63,888 nucleotides of DNA, filler included, from Choristocarpus tenellus KU-1152 (GCA_964200185.2; 12 parts of 12 records of this genome joined end to end with filler, not necessarily neighbours in it), one strand, 5' to 3'; counted from the first letter of the whole stretch, positions 38,097 to 52,400 are shown. Numbers and translations: made by a program. Notes: generated by a model from the sequence alone, not told the origin.

Positions 38097-38515
38097 TCTT
38101 TTTGTTGCAGTACGTTTGGCTCTCACATACTGAGGACTGAGGGCGTTGAGACTGCACACTTCATATTACACACAGCAACTGTTTTGACTAATACTGCTGA
38201 TTGCTGTGATGTTGTGATGGATATTTTTAACAATGATCTGCTGCCTTCAATCCACAATGGCATAGTACTAATAATGCTTCATTGAGAGAAAAACATACTC
38301 TTAATCCAACACCAAGAAGAGTACTATCAAGATCTTCTTGTGTTCGTTGTCGAGTCCACATGCAGCAAAGACTAGAGTATGTTCGCCCAGGGAAACAATA
38401 GCACTCAACATACAACGTAGAGTAGTGTTTTGTGTCATCAGTAGTACTATGGTATGGTGAAGTAGGGTCGCTAAGAAGGGACTGGACAGATATCTAAATA
38501 AATACAGCATGCTTC

Positions 38516-38777
38516 GAGTGAAAATATCTTAGGGTTAGGGTACGAGTTTAGTAATGTTTGTCCATTTGGGGCTAGGCTTCCCACAGTTTTTTTTATGACA
38601 TTTTCCAACTCCGAAATGTTTCGGAGGAGATAAAATGTATACATTATGAAGAGGTGTGTCTGGAACAAGGGTTTGGACACTTCCTAACAAACATGATGGT
38701 CAAAATTTTATCAAAATCTCAACATTGGATTTTGCCCCCAAACGGACGCAGCTCTACCCTCTAAGACACTTAGGCTC
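38516..38777. mobile_element. MITE family A, opposite orientation
   Basis: TIRs and body. Confidence 0.9.
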
Positions 38778-40029
38778 TTTTGGTGTAGTTACCTGTGCTA
38801 CAGAAAACACTCCTTTCTTGGGTCACAGGCACTTGGTATATTTCACATCAAAGTGCACAACAGCAATCAACATTGAAAGTATAAACTCTCTGGTGTACTA
38901 CTTTTGCTGATGAAAACAGTACACATATTCACACAATAATATCAATATTCTTTCCGAGCTATTCGGACTTGGGGTCGGATATCTTGTGGACACAGAGGTG
39001 GAATTGCATTCAATCAATGATGACAACAAGCCAGGAAGAGTGAAAAAGGTTGAATGTATCTGTGGATGAGCAAATGTTGTTAAAAAATGACGGGATTCAT
39101 AGCGGATGCGATAGGGGAGGGGGGCATAAGGTATCTATCTGTTTATCTCTCTAGAGGTGAGGCTCTGTGGAAATTACATCCTGCTGAAACCGTTGAAACA
39201 GAATGCTTTGTGTCTTCTTGGTGGGTGCTTTTTGTATCCATGAACTTCTATACAAAACACCAGCACAGGTCAGTCTGCCATTCGGTAAGTTATTGCTGCC
39301 AGTCAATCAGCCTTGTCATTTTTAAAGGGTCGATCTCCATTGCGAGTATGTCAAGTCATACAAGAAAAATAATATGAAAAAACAAAAGGAACATGGAGAT
39401 TGGTGGATTTGCGCAATGCCAAATGACCAATCGACACACACTGTTGGCGGGGGTATTGCATACATTAATAGGCTACACTTTGCTTTGCTATGAGTGAATG
39501 ATAGAATACATGAAGAATAAAGAAAATTAGTGCAACATTCAAGCACTTTGAGAGTAAGAACTATTTTATTTGTTGCCAGGGCCCCGGGATTAATATAATA
39601 TAATTTAATTTATATAATATTATTATATAATAATATAATATATAATAATGGGTTGAAGCAAGGAAAATTGGAGAAAAGATCAAGTCAAAGAAGGTACTCC
39701 TCACAGGCAATCGGCCTTTTTCTCAGCACAGAAATATTGCTTGAATGTACTTGTGCCATTTAATTAACACATTCTGGGATACATATTTGGCACATGTTGC
39801 AATAATTATGCCAAGGTAGGGGTGCCCTACTGCTGAAGTTAAGCGGATCATAGCCCATGTTCCGTCCCCCCCTACCCAGGCTTTTACAGAAGGGCTCAAA
39901 GTATCTGGGGGAGGGGGGTGGCGGCTGTCNNNNNNNNNNNNNNNNNNNNNNNNNNNNNNNNNNNNNNNNNNNNTTAATTAATTAANNNNNNNNNNNNNNN
40001 NNNNNNNNNNNNNNNNNNNNNNNNNNNNN

Positions 40030-40506
40030 GTGTCGGATTTGAAGTGTCAGCAAGAAAAAGAGTTGTTTGACCGAAACGGACGTCCCCTCACAAACCACCC
40101 CCCTCCCCAAATACTTTGACCCATCTAATGGAACTACTGTCACACATAAATACGTCTGTATGAGTGATAGGTAGCCACTGTTCCTATACTTCCTATATAT
40201 ATACCGAGATCTTCTGAGTGAGTTGGGATGATAAGCTAATGAACTAATGATGTAATTAGTAATAGCGACCATTGCAATGGACAAATCAACGTTTAGAATG
40301 GACTGACAATGTTGTTATCGTATCAAAGCAAATCGAATGAGTAGCCTGTGTTTTAACACTAAACGCATTCGATGCCACAATACATCAAAAAAGGACAAAC
40401 CTTCCATGACTGAAGACAGCAAATGCACCATTTTTGAAATACGTGGCCAGGGCCCAAACGGACGCCCCAGTGCAAACCACCTCCGACCCCCCAGATACTT
40501 TGGGTC
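40030..40506. mobile_element. Two further MITE right ends of the same TIR clan (ending 40122 and 40506) with distinct bodies
   Basis: CCCCAAATACTTTGACCC and CCCCCAGATACTTTGGGTC, each preceded by the AAACGGAC subterminal motif. Confidence 0.65.
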
Positions 40507-40672
40507 AAAATTCGAATGTTAGGGCAGCTTTTCGACCCATAATCAAACATACTACCTTCATGCCATAAGCCTGTGTCGCATTGCCATAACTGTTGAAGAT
40601 ATTGATGAAATTAATTTCTGAAAGAAGATTTGGAATCCTTGACGAATTTATGGTAACGGTCAGCTCTTTTTA

Positions 40673-42270
40673 TCATTGTTTCTCCCCATCCATCATAATT
40701 TCATCAGTCACAGAAAAAGTTTCCGTGGCTACCTTTGGCGTGCTTTCAAGCTCACCAAACAACTGCCTCTTCCTTACCCCTGTGTGCTCCACACTGAAGT
40801 CATCCCCCCCTTTGTATCTAAGTACTTGATTGTACATCACAAATACGAGGTGCCAATCCCTCTCAAGTGTGACTCCATCATACTCCTCATACTGTTTCTT
40901 AATGGTCTTCACCATCTCCTCCACGGACCCAAACCGCTCCCCCATCACCCGGTATTTCAAAGACCTGAAGAAGCACAGGTCCATTATATTGAGGTCGGGG
41001 AAGTTAGACGTCTGCGTCACAAGCCTAATCCCACCCCTCAGTCTTCCCTGCCCCTCACAAGATTTCTGAGTTGCCTTTGACCGTGTGAGAGGTGGCACTG
41101 TCTTGCTGAAGGACAACGCGCTTCCCCTGTAACCAAGGCATCTTGATCTTGGTTGCAGGCAGTAATGTTTCCGTGTACCACTTCCTGTACCACAAATGGT
41201 CTGAAGCACAGTCCTGCTTATACACATTCCCCTTTTTATGGTTCTTGCTTGTCCTGTCTGTCGTTTTTGGCGCACACACACGCCAAACACCAAGCTTTCC
41301 ATCACAACTGCAAGCCGAATCTGAGCGGGCGTTGGCTGCAATGATCATTGTTTTGGGGATATGACTCTTGTGCTGCACAGTAGGGAACACTGGAAGGTCG
41401 CTATCATCCTCATGCGGAAATACCCTAACCCTTTCCCCATCAACCATCACGTAAAATCAGGTTTCATCAACATAGATCGTGTTCGCTATGAAGGCGTACA
41501 CACCATGTTTCCGGTCCATTTGATCGCAAACAAAGTCCATTCTCCATACCCTTTGCCACGATTTAAGCTTGGGTTTGATACAGCTTCAATTTGGCCTGGT
41601 CCCATATCATCCAATCACCTGTTTATGGTGCTCATGCCATAATTCAGCCCCTTGGCGGCCATCTTCATTATCATCTGACACACTGTGGATGACCAATTAA
41701 TTGGAGTTGATATGATGTATTGTGACCATCTTGGTCGGTGTGAGCTCCGAAGGCCGCCCACTACATGCCACCACCCCTAGGTCAAACGTGTGGCCACGGG
41801 CGAGCTGATCAGAGTGAAAGTATCTTGGAGGGTACGAGTTTTTCCCCGTCCGTCAATTTGGGACTTGACTTCCCGCGGGTTTTTAATGATATCTTACCTA
41901 CTCCAAAATGTTTCAAAGTAGGTAAAATGTGTATGTTATGAAAAGGTGTGTCCGGAACAAGGATATTGACATCTTCTAGCAAACATGATAGTCAAAATTA
42001 CATCAAAATTGCAACATTGGATTTTCGCCCCCAAATGGGCGCGGCTCTACCCTCTACGATAATATGACTCCTCAGCGACGTCCTCCCAGAACCCTTGCAT
42101 GTAATACTCGGACACTCCAAACTCTGCTACGAGGGTCGGCCCAACACGTCGCGGCAGTTTATGCTCACCAGGGATCATCGTGTGGTCGTGACGCACTGCA
42201 AGCGCAACCCTGGTATTCAGGGACACTTGGGCACCCTTCCTACGCAGGGGGGTCGACGGGGGGTTGTCAT
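40673..42270 (-). pseudogene. Mariner transposase pseudogene
   Basis: IYVDET*FY, QHKSHIPK.M, QQDSATSH and QTSNFPDLNIMDLCFF. The 2nd and 3rd Asp codons are 118 nt apart (39 codons plus a 1-nt frameshift). Carries stops and a MITE insertion. Confidence 0.9.
41812..42070. mobile_element. MITE family A nested in the mariner transposase gene
   Basis: Both TIRs. Flanks ATCA/CTCA. Confidence 0.9.
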
Positions 42271-42949
42271 GCCGACGTTCTAACCCTCGACATGCCCAGT
42301 TCTAGCCTCAACCCCCCCCCAATAGATCCCTACTTTGACGACTTGAAGCACCTCGAGTTTGTACCTGACAATCCTCATCTCCACCTTTTCTGAAAGGTGA
42401 GATTGTCAACCCGATTTCATTCTGTGGTGTTATCGTCCGATTCGGCGTCGTTTTTGCTCGGCGAGCTCAGATGTTTCACGGCACAAACTTATGGCACAGA
42501 GGTAGTATATTCTTATGCTCTGTGACATTTTGTGGATGTTTCGTGAGGGAAAAAGCCAATTCAATATCATAATGACCTCTGTAAAAATAACGGTTATCGT
42601 AAATGTGAAAGATAACTCTCCAAAAAACCCATTATTTTACTATCAGGTATACTATACACAATTCTTATCAAACGTCGTAATTCCAAAGTTACGTGTACAC
42701 TGCTGCACAATTTTGTCAACATCCTTAAAATGCAACTCTGGGTGTCTCTCGTTCAACTTCAATCTTCTATCGAGCCAATTGCGCGGTACTAGCGTCCTGC
42801 TCGCGGAAAAGTACTTGCTGTTCGCGCGTCTGGAACTATATTTATGTGCAAGTATGATGGCGAGAATCCTATATCTCGCATATTGAACATTTAGAATTCT
42901 GTGTGGTAGGGCGTACACTTTGTGAAGTGGAAAATTAATTTGTGTGGGG

Positions 42950-45110
42950 ACCAGTTAATCCAAAATACAGGTGGAGTCAGGACGAAGTTCAAGCTTTCTC
43001 TAGCAATGGTGTTCAAGATAGAACAGGTGCGAGAGTCCTTGTCTATGAGAAATAGTATTGTGATTCGGGAGCCACACAGAAATAACTAGCGATGCAACTT
43101 ACAAGTAGAACTTCAATGCCCCGCATCAAGGCAGTATGAGTTTGAGTCTTGCTAACAATGATCCAACGGTAACTCAGAGTATAGGATGCTAGACCTGACT
43201 ATTTTCGGCCAATCTTAGAGGGTAGAGCCGTGTCCATTTGAGGGTTAAAGTTCAATGTTGCGATTTTGATGTAATTTTGCTTATCGTGTTTGTTAGGAAG
43301 TGTCAATATCCATGTTCTGGATGCACCTTTTCATAACATATTACACTCTACCTACTCCGAAACATTTTGGAGTAGGAAAATGTTATTGAAATAACTCCCA
43401 TGACCAAATACACGTGATATACTGAAGTCAGTTGCTCTCGTGCCCGGCATACTATACAATCTTCTCCTCTCCCTACTCTCTGTACTGTTGTCTCAAGGAG
43501 AGTAGCAATTTAAAAAACCGTTGATGCAATCATAACATCTGATGGGGAGGGGTAACCTATCAGATTTGAATGGGCCGAGTCAACGTATGTAGCAAATGCT
43601 ATGCGTGTCTGCTCATCCGCAAACATATTCACAAAGGATGGCAAGACTCAGTTCCCAGTCTTGAGTATTGATCATGACGAAAAGTTGTAGAGTAAGGATA
43701 GTAAAGAGGAGTCTGGGCTCATCTATACCCTTCCTCCCCACTCACAACAGGGGGAAAATTCAACTCGAGTGCCTCTTCCCCTGATCCAGGAGTTAGGGGG
43801 AGAAGAAGGATGAAACCTCCTGCATTGAAGGTGTAGGGAGTGAAGAGGAAGATGAAATGAAGAAAGAGGATCAACTGGAGGATGATCATAGAACCCGAAG
43901 AGAAGCCGGTGGTTGGGGATCGAGGTACAGACAGTATTCTTCAAAAATACACCAGGTCAGGAATTTGTGGGGCTACTCCTGGTGCAACATTCAAAGCCTA
44001 TTTTGATTTGACTCCAGCATTTGTTTGAAGTGTTTCTCTGTGACGTTGACCCTACCCATTTTTTTGGGGCGAGTGATAAGTCCAGGACTGCAAAAGGCAA
44101 GACCTAGTTCTCCTCACAGTGATTTCCTGGATCGAGCTAGAGCAGGAGAGATCTCATTTACTGTTGAGTAGTGGTTGGGTGGAGGCCAACTTATGCCCTG
44201 GACGTTGGGCAATTGATATTGAGTGGATAGACACATGGAGAAAAAACAGCAAGCTAGATAAGGTAGCAAGGTGTGAGGTATACTTGGTCCAAAAACGTGT
44301 TGCTAGGTTGAGAGTTTTAGATTCTCATCACACTTTTAAGTGAAAGTATCTTAGAGGGTACGAGATTTGTCCTGTTTGTCCGTTTGGGGCTTGGCTTCCT
44401 ACGGGTTTTAAAATGACATTTTACCTACTCTGAAATGTTTCGGAGTTGGTAAATTGTATACGTTATGAACGGTGTGTCTGGAACAAGGATATTGATACTT
44501 CCCAACAAACACGATAGCCAGAATTACATCAAATTGCAACATTGGATTTTGACCCCCAAACGGACACGGCCCTACCCTCTAAAATACTTTCACTCTTTGC
44601 ACCAATACCCCTAGCTGCAGATATGGAATGGGTACTAGTACACTAGTATATCAAACGTCCTTTTCGCAGGCTGAGATTCGAGGGGAGACTCACGTTAATT
44701 TATATCTGATGGATGTGGTCCATGGTCAGGGAATTCTTCCTTCACTGAAAGCTGTATGGAATCAACCAGGCAAATAGAGAGTTTACTATCTTGTTAGTAC
44801 GTGTTAGAAAGAGTGTTGTTTTCGGCAGTGCAGAGGTCATCGTTGTGTTTTTATTCTACCTAAAATGGCGAAGTATGTGCAGTAATAACTCCCCACCCTA
44901 ATGACCTTACGATGGTTGCAGGATTGACAATTTTCGGTTTGAGGTACGCACTAGGATAGAAGGAGTAGGTTTTGTTGGACGGTTTAGGATCTTGGAGCAC
45001 TATGTGTGGACCGTGAGATTTCATGTGATAGATTTTAGGAAGTATTAGCATGACTTAGACTTCGTACAGTAAGAGATTTGTAGGCGTTTTGGTATGTATA
45101 GTTCAAGGAA
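42950..45110 (+). mobile_element. Decayed Ty1/Copia pol, with MITE A insertions at ~43211-43400 (partial) and 44338-44595
   Basis: Protease CDSGAT, RT start PGRWAIDIEW, HTF|APIP across the MITE, then KLYGINQANREF. Confidence 0.7.
44338..44595. mobile_element. MITE family A
   Basis: TIRs and body. Confidence 0.9.
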
Positions 45111-48100
45111 AAGACCCAAAGTATCTGGGAGGGGGGGGGGGGTCTACNNNNNNNNNNNNNNNNNNNNNNNNNNNNNNNNNNNNNNNNNNNNTTAATTAAT
45201 TAANNNNNNNNNNNNNNNNNNNNNNNNNNNNNNNNNNNNNNNNNNNNCGCGACATGAAAAAATTGACCCCAAATGGACAGCCGCCACCCCCTCCTAGATG
45301 ATTTGAGCCTGTATTACTACTTGGAAAAATTCGTTGATGAATTGTTTCCATCAATTGTCCAAACGCTTCATGAGTGGTTTGTGTGTGCCTTAACGGTGGT
45401 ACATTCTACTTCAATCCGCATCATACGAGGGAGATCAACAACATCCACGATCATCATTCAGTCCTTTCAGCGTAACACGGCAAGAGAGTACCAACCCAAT
45501 AGCAACAGCAACAGCATCTGCCATAGCCACAAAATCGTAGAAAGTAGTGGCGGGCACTGGACAACATGCTGTAAGTCGAATTTGCATCCGACATTTGTGC
45601 AGCATCGAAGAATCTGCAACATTCAAATGCGGCACAGAGACATTCCAAAGTACATTGCACACGTTTCCCTATGCTGTCCATGGCGCCATGCTGACACGGG
45701 TAGTCCCATGTACTCCACTACGTAGACATACGTATTTCAAATGATAATAATAGACGCCACCAAGTTAGGATTGTGGTGGATGGGAAAGACTACAGAGTAG
45801 CAACAGGGAGTATTATGGCGCTTGGAACTTTATTGTACAGTTGTCGTTTATTGTAGTGTCTAGCAGTGCTGGTACCTGGATGGGCATTATCGATGTAGGT
45901 GCATGGTAAAACAATAGCTAGTGGTCGCCTAGGGGACTTTGTTTTGCCGTTTGTTGTTTGTGTCTAACAATGGTGCTATTAGTACTTGTAAATCCATTGT
46001 TGTTGTTGAAGCAATACTATTGATAGGAATAGGACGACTATTTACCTGCTGGGTCCACTGTTGTTAACATTCGATAGTAATGTACATACAAGGATCAATG
46101 TAGGGTGTAAGGTGTGGACGGAGAGTTCCTAGTGATACCGGGATACCTGAGATAGAAAACGAAAAACAGACCTCCTGAAGGTGCAAGAGGTGTTTCACAA
46201 ATCCAACACCCATCACCTGACTGGTCCGGAAGGGGGGAGAGATCGTTCCTCAGGGATTTTACATCTACGCCGCTTCCATTGTTCTAAATACCACATAATA
46301 TTCTCCGAGTATCACGTTGCTATATATATTTCATGCTCTTGTACAATAGAATCATTACTATTTTCATTAACTTGGTCAGTACTACCATCTTGCATTGTGT
46401 TGTGCAGTTAGCGAGTGGCACTTTGTTCAAACCTTTGTTTGATGTGTATTCGCACTTTATAGATAAAGTATACCATTAATATCAATATATGAATATATTA
46501 TGTAGAAAATGACCAATTCTTCCAACTATTTATTAGTGGTTTGTGTGTGCCCCAACAGTGGCACATACTAGTTAAAATCTCAGTCATACAATATGCCGAA
46601 TTTGTACATTGAGTTGCATCCTTAAAATGCTACCTTGGGTACCTCTCGTTTAATTTGGCTCAATCCACCTCATCCCCTCACTCCATACACACATATTGGT
46701 TCTGTGTCAAAGAACGGTCAACCCACCCATCTATTTGTTATGTTCAGACTCTGGTATACTAGCAGAAGATTGAAGCAATCGCGTGGAAGTAGAGGAGGTT
46801 GATTTTGGCCATTTCCCTTTAAACCACTCTCCCAGAACAAATGTAGCCTCTCGCATTATTTGGTGGCATTCCGGATGAAATCATTTTTAGGTTTGTATTA
46901 AGCTATAACACGAAAGAAGAATGAGCATGATGATGATGATGATGATGACAAAAAGAACTTAGTATGACGTATGAAATGGAAAATATGGACATGGTTGGAT
47001 CATATGGGAAGAAAATGGGTACGGTCATCTCCAAAGGGGTCATTAAATCTGAGACACCAACACAAAATAAATGATCAATGAAGTAAGGTGGAGGGTTTAA
47101 AGGAAGAAGTTGTTGTATGGTCTTCATCTTCGCGTGTGTTGTTGATGTAGGGTTATCGAACTTGATAATGATATTCCACAGTTGGTTGTAGAGTGTACAA
47201 GATGTGGGCCAAAGCAAAGTAAACGAGAGGTACGCAGTTTTTGTCCACTTTGCATTACATCTCAGTTCCTCACTCTTTTGTACTTCACCGATATTTGAAT
47301 GTATTTTACACATTTTTGCAGGTATCCCTAAAATGCAACTGTGGTTGTCTCTCATTGCTTCGATCCAGGTTCATTGCAACGAGCGGGAAACGATACTACT
47401 CCAAAATCCGACATCCGGCGCAAGAATCTTTTGTTATTCACCTGATGTGTATGACAGATCTTTGCGTTTAGTTCATGTTGTTACGAAAAAGAAAGATGCC
47501 AGCTCGAAGCAAACACAATCTTGTTAACACTGACACCACTATCAAGAGTTAGATGAACAATCATGGCTTGATCTAAGTCAGAAGAAAAGGAATTCCACAA
47601 GGGAGCATGAGTGAAGAACATGCTTTGTTGTTGTATGTGAGGACATGTGTCTCATAATCAGTAACAGAATGATGATGTACTATTGGTAGATGATGCCATC
47701 TTACCTATTGTTGTAACGTGCTGCGATGGTGTTATGAAATGAGAGGCAAGAGCCCAAACAACAACAACAACTGATAATGCTACGATTTTGTATGCACTTA
47801 AATATTTGTTATAATTACTGTCCCATAGCATCTGCAAATTGTTAGTAGTAGGCATCATAAAGAAATACGTTACATACATTGCACACACACAAAACAAAAA
47901 ATGTGTCACAAGAAGTGCTCATAATGAATGAATCTTCTGATAAAGATCCTATACTATATTCACTACTTCTACTTATTATGTGTGGAGCTACGAAGCAATT
48001 TACTTGTTGCGTACTCTGATCTGGAGTACAAACGATTTACCACTCTTCAAACGAAAATATAAACGCCACTTGCCCAAGGCTCGCTCCTGTCCTACAAGGA

Positions 48101-49413
48101 GGAAGAGATNNNNNNNNNNNNNNNNNNNNNNNNNNNNNNNNNNNNNNNNNNNNTTAATTAATTAANNNNNNNNNNNNNNNNNNNNNNNNNNNNNNNNNNN
48201 NNNNNNNNNTTAGGGATGTGCCTTGCAAGCCCGAGCCGGCGGGAGCTGCACCTCCACCGACCCCCCCCCCCCCCCCCAAATCACAAAATGAAAAAAGGCA
48301 AAAATTTTAATACCAGAGATGGGCATAGTTTGAACGAGGAAAATGTGAGCTGGATTAGGAGAGGGGGAGTGGGGAGTGAGGTTGCGCAACAATTTGGTTG
48401 GTACTAGATACGTATGTTTTCAAAAAAGAACTGTACAGTTTCATAATGAAGTTGTACAAAAAAAAAGTTAATCTTGAGAAGTCCTTGCCAGCGTTTTGCA
48501 CGATAGTATCGTGTCGATGAGATCTTCAAGTTGGGATACTTGAGTAAAAACAATCTACTGACAGGCAATGGATGGGTGTCGAGATAATTCTTTAAATAAA
48601 GGGTGTTAAATAGCAAAAACCCAGCTAAAATCAAAACAGAGTGGACAGGTTTTCAAGTGTAGAACGTAGACCGTTACAATCACCGACTGCTGTCAACCCA
48701 CAATAATATTCTAGGAAATTTCTCATCTTCTAGTTGTTAGGCCCTCCGAGGTCAACGTCCCCTGCTCTGGTCCTGCTACAGCTTCAACAAACAACACACC
48801 AATCCCAAACAGGTTCATGCAATCAAACGCATCTCCCTGTGAAGCCCCAGCGATTTGAAGTCTACAGCCTCTAGAGTATTGCTCACTCCTGGGGTACAAA
48901 GGCATCACCTCTAGCGAACGGCAGGTTCGCTACAGAGCAAAGCCCTTCATAGCCCTTCATAGCCCTTCAAACAATCTCAAGAAATACTTCATGAAACTTA
49001 ACTGCTACAAGCACTGCCTGGCAATCTTCACCCAAGGAGAGGACCGTAAAAAACATAATCATCCTCGACATACACGCACACCTTCAAAGAACCTACCATG
49101 GAGCAGAACCTACAAACGAGCTCTCTCACCAACCCCTCAAAAAACCAACACAATAACCTACTTCGGCCTCCAAAGCTAAGACTCAATTCATTGCAGACTC
49201 AACTAAACTAAACTGAACTAAACTGAAAATACCCAACAACAACACAAAACTTGAAAAAACCAACCCAAAAAAGTTTCAGTGCTTCCAAGAGAAAAGCCAA
49301 CCAACCGCCCCCTTACAACAAAGAGCCCTTCCCTACCCCCCAACTCTTACCCCAGCACCTACACAACCTTGAATAAAGTAACAAGGGATCCATTCACCTC
49401 CCTACACCCTCAC

Positions 49414-52400
49414 CTGAGATCTGGGCTGAGGACAAAGCCCTCGTCAAGAACTCCTATCCCTCCTCTTGCAAACATGTGTTTGCCGTACTCTAATCCCAGC
49501 CGACCAATATTAGCCCCCAACACACTAGGATGCAGGGCTCCTGCCAAGCCGACCCCAATACTCTCACTGCCACCTTTCTCATTAGGCATCACACACAATG
49601 CCCCATCCCCTGCCTCCCCTGCTGTGGGAGTCACTACAAGAACGCCCTCCTCAATCAAGGTTTCCAGAACCACCATAAGGCGTGCTGCAAATGCTTGGAC
49701 CCCATCTGATGAGCATTTCCCACGCAAGCTCAGGGCATTCAGCACTGCAGCCCTCACAACAGACCCCCCTGCCCCTCCTTCCATCCCTCCCACTTCTCCA
49801 ACATCACCTTGATCCCCATCCATCATCACAGCACTATCCACCTCCATAGCCGTGATGCTGTTGCCAGCAGAAGTCTCCAACAAGTCTTCTCTATGAGCCA
49901 TCCCATTGATAGGCACACCATGATTCTCAGCTGTCCTACTGGCCTTAGTCCCCACCCTGGCAACAACTACATCCTCTCCTGAGGTGTTTATTAGTCCCAT
50001 TTTTACTGAATTGTCGCCGGCTACTGCTGCTGACGCTGCTGTTGGAAGGTGAAGAAGCACTGTCCCAATTACAGCCACCATCAGCTGAAAGCAGCTTAGG
50101 AATGAGGCGTTTGTACATTGGATGTTGAGGCGTTCCTTGGTCACAAGGTAAAGATACCACCCTAACTCCATTAGCAGCGTAGTAGTCGTGTTGGTGGAGG
50201 GGGGAGGGGTTGTTTGGAGTGATGCAAGAGGTAGAGGAAGTGTGTCTTGTTCAAAGCAGGGTAGGGTATGCACACTGGATTGTGATAGCGTGCCCCCCCC
50301 CAGGACACACCCGATTCACCCATACATACATACAAGAGGGGTAAGGGGGTGGGTGGGGGGGGGCGGGGGGCAGGGGGGGAGGCGTGATTAGCTGGATGTA
50401 TTGTACAAGCTAAGGGCTTAGATGGGTGCCTGGGGAGTTGGGAGGAGGGAGGGAGGGGGAACTGCATTGATCTTTTTTGTTATTGTGTGCAGATGAGTCA
50501 GTTGACAGTTTCACAAGTTTTCGTATTATGCTTGGATTGTACAGGTTGGGGTTAGTTAAGGAGAAAAAATAAAAAAACAAGAATAACTACAAAACTACAA
50601 CCCCCACCTCCCTAAACAAGATGCATCGGATGGGTGTGTGTGTTGGGGGGTTGGGAGGGAGATATGATTCACAGGCACTTTAATGTTACTGGTTCACCTG
50701 CCCTATGTTTGTTGCTGTAGATACGCTTTTATTATAATCTTCATGTAAGGAGGCGTCTGCAACAGCAGTGGAAGTGCAACTACTCTAACTGCACCTCTCC
50801 CTCACAGAAAAAGTAATCCCTGCCTTAAGCCTCTGCAGACGAATGAATGACTTCCTAAAAGTAGGTAGCCCTAACCCCAACCACAATATAAGAACAAAAA
50901 TTGTAACTCCCTTGCCCCTTCACTCACCCATTCCACAGTTGTCGATACTTACCATGAACCATCTTTGTGACCACAATGCCCTCCTTCATCACCTAACAAG
51001 ATAAGAAAGTTGGGTAAGCACTAATGTGGGGATGGAAAATGCATGTGTGTGACCAAGCATTTGGAGGGCAGGGAGGGAGGGAGGGAGGGAAGGAGGGGGG
51101 GGAGGGGGGAAAAGTTCTTTGTTCACCAAAAAACACTTCAAAAAAGCACAATGTCATATCATATATATATATACATCCCTCCACTCTACCTGTACAAACG
51201 TTATCATAGGTTTGGTCAGACTTTTGTCATAACTGTTTTCTCAACAATCGATGGGTGTAGTAACACCTTACTGCTCGGGGGGGAGATGCATTTGCCACCA
51301 GGATCACTTTGCACAAAACCTAACCCTAACCCTAAGGCTTTGGTATGGGCGGGGAAATTCTGAGGGATGCAAAGCAATGACAAAATGATATGCTAGAACA
51401 TTAATGGTTTGTTTGAGGAGGAAAGGCATAATCACACAAAAAGGATTATGTTTCCTACAATAACCCCCCCCCTGATGGTGGACTTCACCACTGTTGGGAT
51501 GCAACATAACAGCAGAATGTGAGTAAGCTACTCTGCCCACAAATCAATTATCATTGTGTTGACAATAAATGGGCCAAGCTTTGCCTGGCTTGGTGCCTGT
51601 GGGGAGATTTTGGTTGGTGGAGTGATGCATTGACTGCTGCCCACAATTCCATTATTGTTGTCTTCACAATAAGTGGGCCAAGCTTTGCCTGTCTTGATGG
51701 CCGTGGGGAGATTTTGATTGGTGGAATGATACATTGACTCTGAAATAGAAGAAGAAAACACACTGAATACAAAGCAAAGCAAAGCAAAGCAGAGAAACAT
51801 GAGAGTATCGGTGCAAGTGTAAAAGCTGAGGAGATACCTATCCCATCCCCCACCCACCCTCCTATCCCCATCACTGTGTCCACTGAAAGGTGATAGTTTC
51901 CTCTCTCGATACTTCCCCCAAGTAAAGTCATAAATCACTCAAGGAATGAAAGTGTATCTCTATGTGAAAAACAACACAAATTTTATTTTTCTTTCATCAC
52001 AAGTGCTTTTTCTGGACACTATAACAAGAGTCAATACCAGTATCATTTCCAGTACTACTGACCCGTAAGTTGGTGCCTAGGGTTTCCAATCCTGACCTAG
52101 GAAGGCGTTCACTGAGGAGAGTCATGTGTTCCATGAAGTCTTTCACTCCTACCCCAGACTTCAACAAGTTGAAGTTGCAAGCAGGGGGAGGGGAAGAATA
52201 CAGATCGAGGACGGGGAGGGGGACGTTGAAGGGAAAAGTGGGATGAATGGGATATAAAGAAAAAGGCGTGGCAAGTGTGGGGACAGAGACCAGGGCTCTT
52301 CCTCTAATGCAATTTGTAGCACCTGCAATCGACCACAAGGTGTGTGGTTGGTTGGTTGCCTCTGGTTTTCTCAACAAAAATGCCATGCCACTGACTTCTG

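Larger units (their letters stand above)
40552..42505 (-). mobile_element. Full-length decayed Tc1/mariner DNA transposon, DD39D type
   Basis: TA|CTACCTTCATGCCATAAGCCTGTG...CACAAACTTATGGCACAGAGGTAG|TA, i.e. both TIRs with a TA TSD. Confidence 0.88.

Noticed and set aside
40552-42505. Fanzor/TnpB or other cargo gene in the mariner
   Set aside because: The element length is accounted for by the transposase and the MITE. No RuvC or zinc-finger motifs were recognised here or elsewhere by eye.
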